64,000 nucleotides of DNA from Candidatus Eiseniibacteriota bacterium (GTDB lineage Bacteria > Eisenbacteria > RBG-16-71-46 > SZUA-252), in NCBI GenBank assembly GCA_963703225.1, contig OY969801.1, positions 256,001-320,000 of the forward strand, given 5' to 3'. This document shows, piece by piece, positions 1-10,532 of the stretch (the stretch's first letter is position 1; the number at the start of each line of letters is the position of its first letter). Made by a program: the position numbers and the translations under genes. A model generated the notes under the pieces. The model made no database searches, had not been told where the DNA came from, and was given only the letters and a program-made list of their open reading frames with translations.

Positions 1-1016
1 AGGGAGTGGATGAGACCGCGGTGCCACCGGCCCCGCTGCCGCGCCAAGGCCCCGACCGACTCCGGCACCTCGGTCCAGCAGATCGGATCGGGAAGGAAGA
101 CGACCGAGTAAGGGCGCCGCTGCTCGCGCATCTGACGATGGAGCCGGATGACCAGCTCCATGTCCTCGGTCACCACGCCGGCGCGGTAGCCGCCCGCCTC
201 GACCACGACGTCCTTCCGGAAGAGGCTGAAGACGCCGGAGAGGATGAGCAGGTTGTTCATGGCCGAGAGGCCGAGCCGGCTCGCGACGAAGGCGCGGAGG
301 TACTCGACCACCTGGAACGCGGCGAGAATGCTCGACGGTAGCCGCGGCTCCACGATCCGTCCGCGCTCGATCCTGCACCCGTTCGCCACACGCACCTGGC
401 CCCCGACCGCGATCACCCGCTCCGGATCCTCCAGGAAGGGGCGCACCACTCGCAGGAGCGCGTTTTCCTGGAAAAGCGAATCGGCGTCGATCGTGCAGAA
501 GAGCGGGTAACGCGAGAGATTGAGTCCCGCGTTGAGCGCCTCGCTCTTACCCGCGTGCTCCTTGTCGATGACGAGGAGGTTGGGCGACGTGGTCGAGCGG
601 TAGATGCCGCGGATGACGCCCGTCACCTCGAGGACCTTCCGAAAGACCACGTCCCTTCGCTCCAGGCGAAACTCCCGCCGGAGCTTGGCCAGTGTGTCAT
701 CGGTCGAGCCGTCGTTGATGACAATCACTTCGTGCTGCGGATAGTCCAGGGAGAGCACCGAGCGGACCGAGTCGATGACCCCAGCCGCCTCGTTGTAGGC
801 GGGCACCAGGACCGAAATCGGGAACGTGAAGTGTGATTTGGCGACCGCCTCGTAGTCCGCGTAGAAGTTCTGGGCCAGCCTCCGGCGCATGTCGAAGAAC
901 GAGAGGATGAGGAGACCGAAGAGCACCAGCTGGAGCGCGCTGAAGTAGATCAGAATGACGAAGCTGGTCGCGTTGATCACGGACATCAGCCAGGGGGAAA
1001 GCGTCCATTCGTTCAC
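1..1016 (-). CDS. Family 2 processive glycosyltransferase (PgaC/IcaA/NfrB/cellulose-synthase-like); runs off the window edge
   Basis: Manual translation (absent from the ORF track because it is open-ended), from GTG at 1016: N-terminal TM, then ISVLVPAYNE, VINDGSTD, GKSEALNAG, TIDADS (DxD), TEDMEL and QRGRW (QxxRW). Confidence 0.92.
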   Translation of the reverse strand, partial: MNEWTLSPWLMSVINATSFVILIYFSALQLVLFGLLILSFFDMRRRLAQNFYADYEAVAKSHFTFPISVLVPAYNEAAGVIDSVRSVLSLDYPQHEVIVINDGSTDDTLAKLRREFRLERRDVVFRKVLEVTGVIRGIYRSTTSPNLLVIDKEHAGKSEALNAGLNLSRYPLFCTIDADSLFQENALLRVVRPFLEDPERVIAVGGQVRVANGCRIERGRIVEPRLPSSILAAFQVVEYLRAFVASRLGLSAMNNLLILSGVFSLFRKDVVVEAGGYRAGVVTEDMELVIRLHRQMREQRRPYSVVFLPDPICWTEVPESVGALARQRGRWHRGLIHS

Positions 1017-1017
1017 G

Positions 1018-2085
1018 CTAGGCTCCTTCCCGTCTCGGCACGATCGCCGTGACTCCCAGAGACATCAATGCGTCCACGGCGCAGTCGCGCGCGAAGCGGT
1101 CCTCGCTCTCCAGAGCGGTGAAGAGAACTGGCTTCGCGGGCTCTCCCAGCTTGACCAGGGCGTCCAGCGCGTTCTTCCGGACCCACCACGAGGAATCACG
1201 GAGCGCGTCGGCGAGCGAGGCCGCGAAGAAGGGATTGCCGAGCTTGCCCAACGCCTCCGCCGCGTGCGCGCGGACGTACCAGACCGAATCTTGGAGAAGG
1301 GGCCCGACGAGCTGCGCGGTTGCCGGGTCCGCCACGTTTCCGAGCGCCCTCGCCGACGCCGAGCGGACGTCGGGCTCCGGATCGTGGAGTGCGTCGCAGA
1401 GCGAGCGCGTGGCCCGTGGATCGGCAATCTCGCCGAGAATGCGGGCCGCCCAGAATCGCGCCATCGGCGTTCCGTCGCGCAGGGTCTTGATCAAGAGCGG
1501 CGCCGTTCGAGGACCCATCTCGATACAGATCGCGGCGATGCGTGCCGAGACCGCCTGGTCGTGCTTGCCGAGAAGCCCGACCAGGGCCTCTTCCGCCGCC
1601 TGGAGTTTCATCCGGCCCAACGAGCGCGCCGCCACGTTCCGCACATCCCCGTCCTTGTCCTCGAGCGCGTGCAGGAGGGTGGGCACCGATTGCGGAAGCT
1701 TCAGCTCTCCAAGAATCCGGAGCGCGTGCGCGCGGGTCCACTTGAACCGGCTCTTCGATTGGCGGGTCACACGAGTCACGGCGCCGCTCTCTTCGAGAGC
1801 GCGGAGCACGTCGAGCCGAAGCGGCAGCTCCAGCTGGCTGATCTCCTCAGCCGCCAGCTCAGACCACCGCCCCGACATGGAAGCGACGATGACCGGCATC
1901 GCCTCGCGCTGGCCCTCGGGCGTGCGCAGCTTCAGAAAGCTCTTCCTCAACTCATCGAGGAAGCGCTTTTTGGAATCGGCTTCGCGGTTCGTGTAGATCT
2001 TGTTGCCGACCGCCGCGATCGTCGTCAGCGCCACGATCCCCAGGAGGAGACCGAGCGTGATCATGAGCGTCATGAAGTTGATCAT
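1018..2085 (-). CDS. Membrane-anchored HEAT-repeat protein
   Basis: N-terminal TM (MINFMTLMITLGLLLGIVAL) and tandem HEAT/PBS-lyase repeats (VRNVAARSLG, ARFWAARILG, VRSASARALG, VRAHAAEALG, VRKNALDAL). Start set at ATG 2085, after GAGG. Confidence 0.88.
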   Translation of the reverse strand: MINFMTLMITLGLLLGIVALTTIAAVGNKIYTNREADSKKRFLDELRKSFLKLRTPEGQREAMPVIVASMSGRWSELAAEEISQLELPLRLDVLRALEESGAVTRVTRQSKSRFKWTRAHALRILGELKLPQSVPTLLHALEDKDGDVRNVAARSLGRMKLQAAEEALVGLLGKHDQAVSARIAAICIEMGPRTAPLLIKTLRDGTPMARFWAARILGEIADPRATRSLCDALHDPEPDVRSASARALGNVADPATAQLVGPLLQDSVWYVRAHAAEALGKLGNPFFAASLADALRDSSWWVRKNALDALVKLGEPAKPVLFTALESEDRFARDCAVDALMSLGVTAIVPRREGA

Positions 2086-2095
2086 TGGGCCATCC

Positions 2096-3710
2096 TCACC
2101 ACCGCACAGCTCCCGAGAGCCCGATGTACCAGGCCTCGTAGTTGTTGTTGTCGATCGAGTACGCGCCCTCGACCCCGACCGGGAATCGGTCACCCAGGAC
2201 TACGTTGAAATTTCCGTTCCAGGCGTGAACCCAGATGTCGTCGAAGTTCGATGAGCCGAGCCCGGAGAACTCGTATCGGAACGCGTAGTCGATCGCGGGG
2301 CGATCGACGTAACCGGCGAACGTGACCCCGGCCGCGCCGCGAACGCTGTTCAATGGAGTGAAGTAGTTCGGCGATTCGAAGTCCCAGTCGCGGTAGGTCA
2401 CACGGCCGTCGAACGTGATCGTGGGGACCCCTGTGCGGGCCTTGTAGGCTGCGCCGCCCGCCACGATCCAGTTCTTGTTGTCGTCGGAGTAGAGCCCGCG
2501 CGAGACCAGGGCATCGGTCGTGAATCGCCCGTTCCACTGGTAGGCCAGGCCCCCCTCGTAGTCGTCCACGTGCGCCGGGTCGAACGCGAGGAGGCCGGAC
2601 GATAGTGTGTCCTTGAGCGCCACGTAGCTCCGCGCGGCGCTCACGTGGGGCGTGATGCGCCGCGTGAACCGCCAGAGGCGCGCGTTCCACCCGAAGAAGT
2701 CATCGGCTCCGGTCAGCGGGTAAAGCGCGGCGTCGTTCCGCGATTCGAACGTCTGATATTCGACCCCAAAGGCCGCCTGCCAGGGGTACCCGCGCAGGAG
2801 CGAAACATCGGCTCTCGTGTCGACGCTGTTCAGGTCGTAGTTCGGGACGCCCCCCGCGGCCGGCGTTTCCGTCAGCTGAAGCCACGCCATCCGCGCGGAG
2901 ACGCCCACCGTACGGGCGATCGTCGCGCGACCAACGGCGTAGGGCCCCTCGGTGTCGATGGTGAAGTCAGGGCCCGCGACGTATTGTCGTTCCTTGGAAG
3001 CGGTCCATCCACCGCCGACCGATGGGGCGAGCGCCGCCCAGACCGAACCCCGCTCGTCTTCGACTTCCTCGGAGTCGGCATCGAATTTCTGGGCGCTGAT
3101 CAAGAAGCGATCGGACGCGGTGGGCGCCCCGCGCCATCGGACCACGGAGGCGCGGCCCAGCCACGCGTCGCCGAGGGACGGGTTCTTCGTCAAGATTTGG
3201 TCGTACTCCATCGACGCCCCCGCCAGGTCCCCGCTCCAGGCCAGGGCGTGGGCGTAGCCGACGCGCGCTTCCATGTCGTGAGGAATCGGCCTTGAGGGCG
3301 CGGCGATACTCTCTGATAGCTTCGTCGTGGCGTCCCGACCACGCCAGCACCCGGGCGTAGCCGGAGCGGATCGATGCGTCCTCGGGAGATTTCTCGAGCA
3401 GGTGGCTGTATTCCGCGAGCGATTCGTCGTAGCGACGCTGCCACGAGTAGACCCGCGCGAGGAGAAGCCGCGCCTCATCGTTGCCAGGGTTCTGCTTCAG
3501 CTCGGTCTGCAGAAGGGGAATCGCTTGATCGAAGCGCTTCTGGCTGACGCGCTCTCGTGCTTCTTCGAGGTATCTTGATTCGATTTGGCCGAACGAGATT
3601 CCGACGGCCGCGGCCGTGGATAGAAATGCGAGGAGTAGGACGGTGAGGAGCAGCCGAATGGTTCGGCTAACGATTCCCTCCATCCCGATTGGATCGCTGA
3701 CCCTTTTCAC
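2096..3710 (-). CDS. TPR-repeat protein with C-terminal outer-membrane beta-barrel (NfrA/YaiO/PgaA-like export pore); one frameshift near 3280
   Basis: ORF 2967-3710 gives a signal peptide and TPRs (ARLLLARVYSWQRRYDES, YARVLAWSGRHDEA). ORF 2096-3478 continues the same repeat (PHDMEARVGYAHALAWSGDL), then amphipathic beta-strands ending in W. Start uncertain. Confidence 0.78.
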
Positions 3711-6183
3711 GGGCTTCCATTCCCTCGAATGCTTGCCGAACTCGTCCGGCGGAACGCTTTGTGTGCTCTCTGGTTATCGGCGCGTTCCAGCCGTTCCATA
3801 GGTATACGGCGCTGTCGGGGGTGACAATTGTCGTCAGCTTATCGCCTTTGTTTACCAATAGTTTGCGTGGCTCCGCTCGGCCCCAGGAAACAGCGTCTGC
3901 CCGGGAGCCGCCGTCGTGGCGCCGGGCATCGTCGGTCCGGTGGAGTCGGCGACGAAGCCGGGTGCGCTCGTGGTCCATGCTAGGAGGCCAATTCCATCCG
4001 TTCTGCGTGGTCTCGGTCTCACGCGTTCCGTCCTTGTCGTCGACGATTGCAAGGGTGGAAGGATCGCCCACGTTCAATAGCCCCCATGGAATCGCGACCT
4101 CGACCGAGGTTCCGGCCTGGTTCATCTCCCACTCCGCGTGGGGGTCGTAGGCGCGGCTCGAGTCAGCGCCGAGCCACGCGGGAGCCGACGCCGGCTCGAC
4201 TCCGCGCGAGAGGCGACCCCAATCGAGGTACCGGGCCGGGTATCGAGTTCCGTCGCGCGCGATCCGTTCCCGATTCGTCTCGATCACGAGCGGCGCGTAG
4301 CGGCCGTCGTTGTTCGCGACCGGTCGGAACGGGCGACGTGTTCCACTCGAAGCCCTTCGGAGTGAGAAATCCCGCGTAGAGCGAGTAGTTCATCGAGCGG
4401 TCGATGAAGAGCTCCGCGCGGCCGCCTGGACGCCGGCCGCCTCGTGAACAGTCCGCCGCCGGTGTCGCCAGGCTGCGGCGGCTCGATGAGCAGGATGAAC
4501 TCCGCGCCCCGCGACCAGCGTCGCGGCGAAGCGGCGCCGGGAGGCGTGTGTCGCCGCGCTTGGGATCGAGTACGTCGAGGGAGACCCCGATCGCGCGAAT
4601 GCCGCCGCCTGGGGCGGGAGGAGATGCCCGTCCGCTCCGGTCCTGCGAGGTCTCCCCGGCGCCTCCCGGCCTTCGAATCCAAGCGGCGGGGGAAACGTCG
4701 ATCGCGAAGATAGAGGCGGCACTGGTCCGAGGTGACGTAGAGCGCCTTCAGCGGAGACGGCGCGTATCCCTCCGATGCCGCCGTCGCGCCTGCCTCAGCC
4801 GCCTTCGCGTACGGCAGCGACGCCCGCCCAATCGTCCATCACGCCGTCGATTCGAATCGCGGACGGAGGGTCGAACCCGATCAGCCCGTAATTCTCCTCG
4901 GGGTCGAGCAGGTTGTGCCAGATGGGATCGCGATCGGCCGGCGCTTCGGTCTTTCGAACCAGCCAGTTCACCTTGAACCATTCGTCGAAGAGGGCGAAAA
5001 GGAGCGACCCCGCACACCCCGCATCCTCGATGTCCTCCAGGAGCCGGACGTCCCGATCGCCCTGCTCGTCCTCGGAGGCACCGCCGTGGTTGATCCCCTG
5101 CGGCTGGAGGTGCGCGATGCCACGGCTTGACGGCACGCCGTACTCGCCCAAGAGAAGCGGAATCCCCCGCGTGTGGGCCTTCAGGTCCGCGAGGTAGCCC
5201 GCGTAGCTGCAGGCTCCGTGGCGGTCTCGATGGCTCGCGTAGCCCGGGTCGAGATTCATGAAATCGGGGTAGTAGGGATAGACGTGGTAGTTCGCGAAGT
5301 ATCCGAGAAAGCCCGATTTCAACCCGGTCGCGTGGATCGCGCGAATCCGCGTCGGATCGACCGCGTAGGCGTCCTCGTCGTGTTCCATCTCGCCGCCCCC
5401 CTGCTCGGCCTCGGTGGGATGCTTCATCGGGTCGAGGGTGGGCCAGTTCACGAACGAGACCGCGTGGGCGAGCCCGTAACGGCCGGCCTCGTGCGAGGCC
5501 GCGCGCTCGCACGCCCTGGCCAACCAGACCTCCATCGCCGTGCCGCCATCGACGGCGAAGTAGGTGCCGCGGAAGCTCGTCGAGTCGGGATGGTGCCGCT
5601 GGGTTTCGCGGACCGCGAACGGCTCCCATTCCCGTCCCAGAATCCAACCCGCGAGCCAGGAAGAGACATCCGCATCGTAGATGCCTGAAGCGTGTCCCGG
5701 TCGTTCCGGCAGCGTCGCGTTCCCGTGGACCGCGTCGATCGCGAGGCGGACCTCGTCCTTGAACCCCTGGTCGAACGCGGGGTCGAAGAAATCGTTCGAA
5801 TCGGGGAGCTCGGTCCAGACCTCCTGGAAGAGCCAGATCGGCGCCTCGGGATGGGCCACGTTCTCATCGCGAAGCGCCTGGTAGAACGCCGGCGGGTGGA
5901 GCGCATAGAGGCGGATCGCGTTCGCGTGCAGCTCCCGTGCGAACTGCAGCCACCGGCGGTAGTCAGCCTTCGAGATCGCGAACTCGCCGGGGAAATGGCC
6001 CGGAGGGCCCGCGCCGAGGTTGACGCCGCGGAAGAAGACGCTCCGGGCCCCGGAGCTGGTTACGATTTCGAAGCGGTCACCGCTGGCGCGGACGGCGGAT
6101 GGCGGAACCGCGGGCGCGCGCCCGGCGCCGAGCAGAAGCGCGCCCGCCGCCGAGAGCAGCAACGCTCTAAGGAAAGAGCGCAC
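3667..6183 (-). CDS. Secreted TIM-barrel glycoside-hydrolase-like protein (clan GH-A-like); several frameshifts between about 3880 and 4800
   Basis: Signal peptide from GTG 6183, then RGVNLG, ANAIRLYALHPP, GREWEP, ANYHVYPYYPDF, LGEYGVPSSRG, FDEWFK, PEENYGL. C-terminal pieces (EVAIPWGLLNVGDPS, YLWNGWN) lie in other frames. Confidence 0.7.
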
Positions 6184-6862
6184 GCAGCGCCGCGGTGTGG
6201 TCTTCGAACGAGTCGAGGAGGACGTCCGGCGCCGCATCTCGAAGCTCATCGCGGCCCACCGCTCCGGTGGCCACGACCACGGCGCGGGCCCCGATCGCGC
6301 GGGCGCACGCCACATCCTTCGGCGTGTCGCCGATCACCGTCGTATCGCTGCCGGTGAGCGGCCGGCCCGCGAGGGTGCGGCCCTTCTCCAGGGCGATTTG
6401 CGCCAGAACCGGCCGGTCCTCATGATCGTCGCCGTACGCGCCAAAGCGAAAGTATCGTTCGAGGTCCCATCGCCTCAATTTGAGCTCGGCCCCCCGGAGG
6501 ACGTTCCCGGTCAGAAGCCCCACCAAGACATCGTCGAGCTTGTTCAGCCGCTCGAGGAGCTCCTTCACGCCCGGGAACAGCTGGGCGTCGTCGTGGAGAA
6601 GCATCTCCGACTGTAGGATCTCGACGTACCGCCGCAAACATTCGTCGCGGCGCTGGTGGATCGTCCGCTCGTCGATCCCGGCGAGGCGCATGATCGCGGT
6701 CACGCATTCCGGGTCGGTCATCCCCGCGAACTTGAAGGCGTTGATGGGGCCGGTCGTGTTGTAGGTCTCGCGGAGCGCGCGGGCGAACGCGATCTTGGAG
6801 GAGACGCCGTCGCGCAGCAGGGTTCCGTCGATGTCGAAGAGGATGAGGCGCAGAGGGCGCAC
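6167..6862 (-). CDS. HAD-superfamily hydrolase (phosphoglycolate-phosphatase-like)
   Basis: Motif I FDIDGTL, motif II LTGN, motif IV IGDTPKD. Confidence 0.9.
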   Translation of the reverse strand: MRPLRLILFDIDGTLLRDGVSSKIAFARALRETYNTTGPINAFKFAGMTDPECVTAIMRLAGIDERTIHQRRDECLRRYVEILQSEMLLHDDAQLFPGVKELLERLNKLDDVLVGLLTGNVLRGAELKLRRWDLERYFRFGAYGDDHEDRPVLAQIALEKGRTLAGRPLTGSDTTVIGDTPKDVACARAIGARAVVVATGAVGRDELRDAAPDVLLDSFEDHTAALRALFP

Positions 6863-6882
6863 CCGAGGGGGAGCGGACGTAT

Positions 6883-7605
6883 TCAGTTCGACTCGACCCG
6901 GATTGAATCGTTGACGCGCGACAGGACGACCGGGTTGGTGCTGACGTCAAACCCACGCTTGCCAGGGTCGGAGCGGAACCGCAGGCACTGCACCACAACC
7001 TTCCCGTCCGCGCTCTTCTCGATGTCGGCCATCGAGAAGGAGGACCGTTTGTCTTTCCCCGCGCTGCCCCCGACCAGATAACGCTCCGCTTGTTCCAGTT
7101 CCTGGGTCGCGCCGAGAGCCGCCGCCGCTTCGCGGACCCCATCCTGGCTCCAGGCGATCACGTTGGTGGCGTGGAGGGCGGTGCAGGCGTAGCCGTCGCC
7201 TTCGTGCGAGAAGATCAGCTCCTCGTCGCGGCTCTCCACCACCTGGCCGACCTCGTTCGAGAAGAGGAGGAAGACCGAGACGCTGAATCGGCCCGCGCCC
7301 TCGGATGCGATCGATTCGTCATGGAAATTGAAGGCGGCGAGCGACGACCCCTTCGGGCCGAAAACGGCCGCGTCGTCCAGCCGCTCCTTGGTCCGAAAGA
7401 GGAGGCGGGCCTCCGGCGCGCGATCGCGGTCGATGCTTCCGGCCTGGCGTGCCGCGAGGAGGCGCTCGACCGCGTTCACCTTGGCCCGGTCGACTTCCTG
7501 TTCCGGAGGGGGCGGCGTGCCGAGGTGGATCTCCGTGACGCCGGTATCAGCGATCGCGGGAGCGGCGGAGAGGAGAAGGATGCAGAGCAGCGATGCGAGT
7601 CTCAT
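6883..7605 (-). CDS. Hypothetical exported protein
   Basis: Signal peptide MRLASLLCILLLSAAPAIA after GGAGG; lies in the operon between pilT and the HAD gene. Confidence 0.7.
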   Translation of the reverse strand: MRLASLLCILLLSAAPAIADTGVTEIHLGTPPPPEQEVDRAKVNAVERLLAARQAGSIDRDRAPEARLLFRTKERLDDAAVFGPKGSSLAAFNFHDESIASEGAGRFSVSVFLLFSNEVGQVVESRDEELIFSHEGDGYACTALHATNVIAWSQDGVREAAAALGATQELEQAERYLVGGSAGKDKRSSFSMADIEKSADGKVVVQCLRFRSDPGKRGFDVSTNPVVLSRVNDSIRVESN

Positions 7606-7641
7606 GGCGCCTCCAACGGATACCACGGCGAGCGAGCGGGG

Positions 7642-8778
7642 TCAACGAGGGGCAGGGGACGATCCCACCACCACGATGGGGGTCTTGGGCCGGGGCCGCG
7701 GAGCAGCCACGTCCGGTCCGGGGACCACCCCCGCCTCGAACAGCTTGGGATTGGTCGAGCGGGCGAGCGCCGCGGCGCGCGTGATCTTCCCCGTTGTGAC
7801 CAACTCTTTAAGCGATTGGTCGAGGGTCGTCATGCCGTAGGCGCCTCCCACTTGGATCACGCTCTGGATCTGGGACGTCTTGTCCTCGCGAATCAGGTTC
7901 CGAAGCGCGTGGACCCCGATCAGGATCTCGAACGCCGCCACCCGGCTCTTCTTATCGACGGTGGGGATCAAGGTCTGCGCCACGATCCCCTCGAGCGATT
8001 CACTCAGCATCGTGCGCACCTGGGATTGCTGCTCGGGCGGAAAGACGTCGATAAGCCTATCGATGGTCTTGGAGGCCGAATTCGTGTGGAGCGTGCCCAA
8101 AACCAGGTGACCGGTCTCGGCCGCGGTGATCGCGAGGGAGGTCGTCTCCAGGTCGCGAAGCTCGCCCACCAGCATGATGTCCGGATCCTCGCGGAGCGCG
8201 CTCCGGAGCGCGTTGGCGAAGCTGCCGGTGTGGGCGCCCACCTCGCGCTGGTTGACGAGGCATTTCTTCCGATCGTGCACGAACTCGATCGGATCTTCGA
8301 TCGTGATGATGTGTTTCTGGCAGTTCTCGTTGATGAAATCGATCATCGCCGCCAGGGTCGAGGATTTCCCGCTTCCCGTGGGCCCAGTGACCAGCACCAG
8401 ACCCCGATCTTTAAGCGCGAGGTCCTTGAGCACCTTCGGCGTGCCGAGCTCATCGAGCGTGGGGATCGTGTTGGCGATGATGCGGAATACCGCCGCGACG
8501 CCCCGGCGCTGCTCGAAGTAGTTCGCACGGAAGCGCGAGAGGCCCTCAATCTCGAGCGCGAAGTCGAGCTCCTGCCGAGCCGCGAACTGGGCGCGCTGCT
8601 CCTCGTTCAGGAGCTCCAGAAGGGCTTCGCGCGCCTCCTCGGGCGTGAGCGGGGCCGCTTGGAATGACACCATGTCGCCGCGGAGGCGGGCCATGGGAGG
8701 CATGCCGGTCGAGAAGTGGAGGTCGGAGGCTCCAGCCTCCACGATCGCCTTGAGGAGTGCTTTGATCTGGAATGCCAT
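7642..8778 (-). CDS. pilT: Type IV pilus retraction ATPase PilT
   Basis: ASDLHF, Walker A GPTGSGKSST, TIEDPIE, LREDPDIMLVGELRD, GHLVLGTLH, ALRNLIRE (AIRNLIRE motif). Confidence 0.95.
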   Translation of the reverse strand: MAFQIKALLKAIVEAGASDLHFSTGMPPMARLRGDMVSFQAAPLTPEEAREALLELLNEEQRAQFAARQELDFALEIEGLSRFRANYFEQRRGVAAVFRIIANTIPTLDELGTPKVLKDLALKDRGLVLVTGPTGSGKSSTLAAMIDFINENCQKHIITIEDPIEFVHDRKKCLVNQREVGAHTGSFANALRSALREDPDIMLVGELRDLETTSLAITAAETGHLVLGTLHTNSASKTIDRLIDVFPPEQQSQVRTMLSESLEGIVAQTLIPTVDKKSRVAAFEILIGVHALRNLIREDKTSQIQSVIQVGGAYGMTTLDQSLKELVTTGKITRAAALARSTNPKLFEAGVVPGPDVAAPRPRPKTPIVVVGSSPAPR

Positions 8779-10226
8779 CAGCGCACCTTCCCTTGGAGTA
8801 GGGCGTCGCGGTCTTCGTCCGTGAGAATCCTCGCTTCGATGCTCCCGGCATTCGCCTCGGACTCCGCCGGGGTCGTCCAGACGCTCGAGCCCTCGCGGCG
8901 GGCGGCCGGCAGCGAGACCATGGCGAAGGGACGCTCGCGCAGAACCGCGCGGCCGCCGCGGCTCTTGGCGAGATGGGTGAGGAGGCGATGGCCGTCCAGC
9001 CAGTCGGTGCGCGCGAAGACGAGACGCCCGACCGAAGCGCCGCTCAGCACCCCTTCGATCGCGTCCCCCACGAGCACCTCATCCAGCACGACGACGTCCG
9101 CCCCCAGGCCCACCGTGAGGCGCTCCCAACCACTCGTGCTACCGCTCGCGGTCTGAATGCGGACCCGCGTGGTGCCGGCCGGGTAGGGGGCCGCCGAGCC
9201 CGATTCCAGGACCAGCATCCTCCGCTCGGGACGGGCCGCGAGCGCCGCAATCGACGCGAGCACCGTCGACCCGCCCGAACGAGGAGGACCATGGACGATC
9301 ACGAGCCCCTCGGGCCCTTCCACGAAATCACGAATCTCCGCCTCGCCGATCGGCGAGAGACCGAGCGTCGAGAGATCGGGGGCGTGGGCCGGGACCGGCA
9401 TCAGCCGGAGCACGGTCGTGATGCCGAAATCGGCGCGGCAATGGAACACGCCGACGTGAATGTGGGCTTCTGCCGCCTCGACCGCGATCGAGCCGGAAGC
9501 GGTCGCCGTACCTTCGTCCAGAAGGTCGGGCGCGCCGAGCTGCGCCAGACGCTGGCGAAGATAGGCGGCGGTCTCCGGCCGCTCGACCCCGTGGGGCTCG
9601 AGCCCCTGGTCGGTCCGGTAGAAGACCGAGATACCGGTCGGCGTCGGCACCAGATGGATCTCGGATGCCTTCCGGCTCCGCGCCGCGTGGAGCTGGTAGA
9701 GGAGAAAGCTCGTGCCCGCGCGATCCCAGACGATGTCGGAGCGGCCTGGCTCCGCCGCGGCCGGGCGACTCTCGTCGATCCTCTCGGGTCCGTAGACGGA
9801 ATCGAGGGCCCGGCGTATGGCCGAGGGGCAGCCGATGACGAGCGTGGTGCGCGCGCCGGCCTCCTCGCGCAGCTCGGCGACCGGCTCCGAGTTGGTCGGG
9901 TCGGCCATCGCGATGACGATCCCGTCCTCACTCTTGAACAGGGGTGCGGCTTGGACGCGGCGGAGCAAGGCTTCGGGGAAGCGTTTCATCAGCTCCGCGT
10001 CGAGGGTCTCGGGCTTGACGTCGGCGTACGGAATGCCGAGCTGCTTGGAAAGCGCCCAGGCGATGTTCTCCTCGGTCGTGAAGCCGAGCTCGACCAGCGT
10101 CTCGCCGATCAATCGCCCGGTCTCCACCTGGCGCACCAGGCCCTCATCAACCTGCTCCGGCGTCACGATGCCGCCGTCGACGAGAATCGCGCAGACGGTG
10201 CGTCTCTTCTGGCCGGTCGTGGTCAC
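8778..10226 (-). CDS. PilB/GspE-like protein with N-terminal MshEN (T2SSE_N) domain and degenerate ATPase domain
   Basis: MshEN-like repeats (ILVDGGIVTPEQVDEGLVRQ / RLIGETLVELGFTTEENIAWALSKQ), IAMADP and ASEIHL. The Walker A position reads GPPRSGGST with no Lys. Confidence 0.8.
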   Translation of the reverse strand: MTTTGQKRRTVCAILVDGGIVTPEQVDEGLVRQVETGRLIGETLVELGFTTEENIAWALSKQLGIPYADVKPETLDAELMKRFPEALLRRVQAAPLFKSEDGIVIAMADPTNSEPVAELREEAGARTTLVIGCPSAIRRALDSVYGPERIDESRPAAAEPGRSDIVWDRAGTSFLLYQLHAARSRKASEIHLVPTPTGISVFYRTDQGLEPHGVERPETAAYLRQRLAQLGAPDLLDEGTATASGSIAVEAAEAHIHVGVFHCRADFGITTVLRLMPVPAHAPDLSTLGLSPIGEAEIRDFVEGPEGLVIVHGPPRSGGSTVLASIAALAARPERRMLVLESGSAAPYPAGTTRVRIQTASGSTSGWERLTVGLGADVVVLDEVLVGDAIEGVLSGASVGRLVFARTDWLDGHRLLTHLAKSRGGRAVLRERPFAMVSLPAARREGSSVWTTPAESEANAGSIEARILTDEDRDALLQGKVR

Positions 10227-10532
10227 GTCATCCCTTCCATTGGGGTGGAGTTATGGCTGCCGGGCCAAACCTGAGTCGCAAGGCATGTGCCACCCGGCGG
10301 GGCTCCCAAGGGCTTTCCCGAAGCCGTGGGGCGGGGCCGGAGGACGGGGCCCAGCTGGCTCGGAACGGACTGAAAAAAGGCGCGTTAAGATCGATGGGCA
10401 GGGAGGCGATGATGGACTTTGCGGGCGACTCGTTTCGTGGCGGGCCGGCGCAATGCTTGCCCCGAGGGTGGTAAGCGGTTAGATTCTGCGCGATTTAGAC
10501 TCCGAGAACACGAACTCACAAACGGGGAGCCC

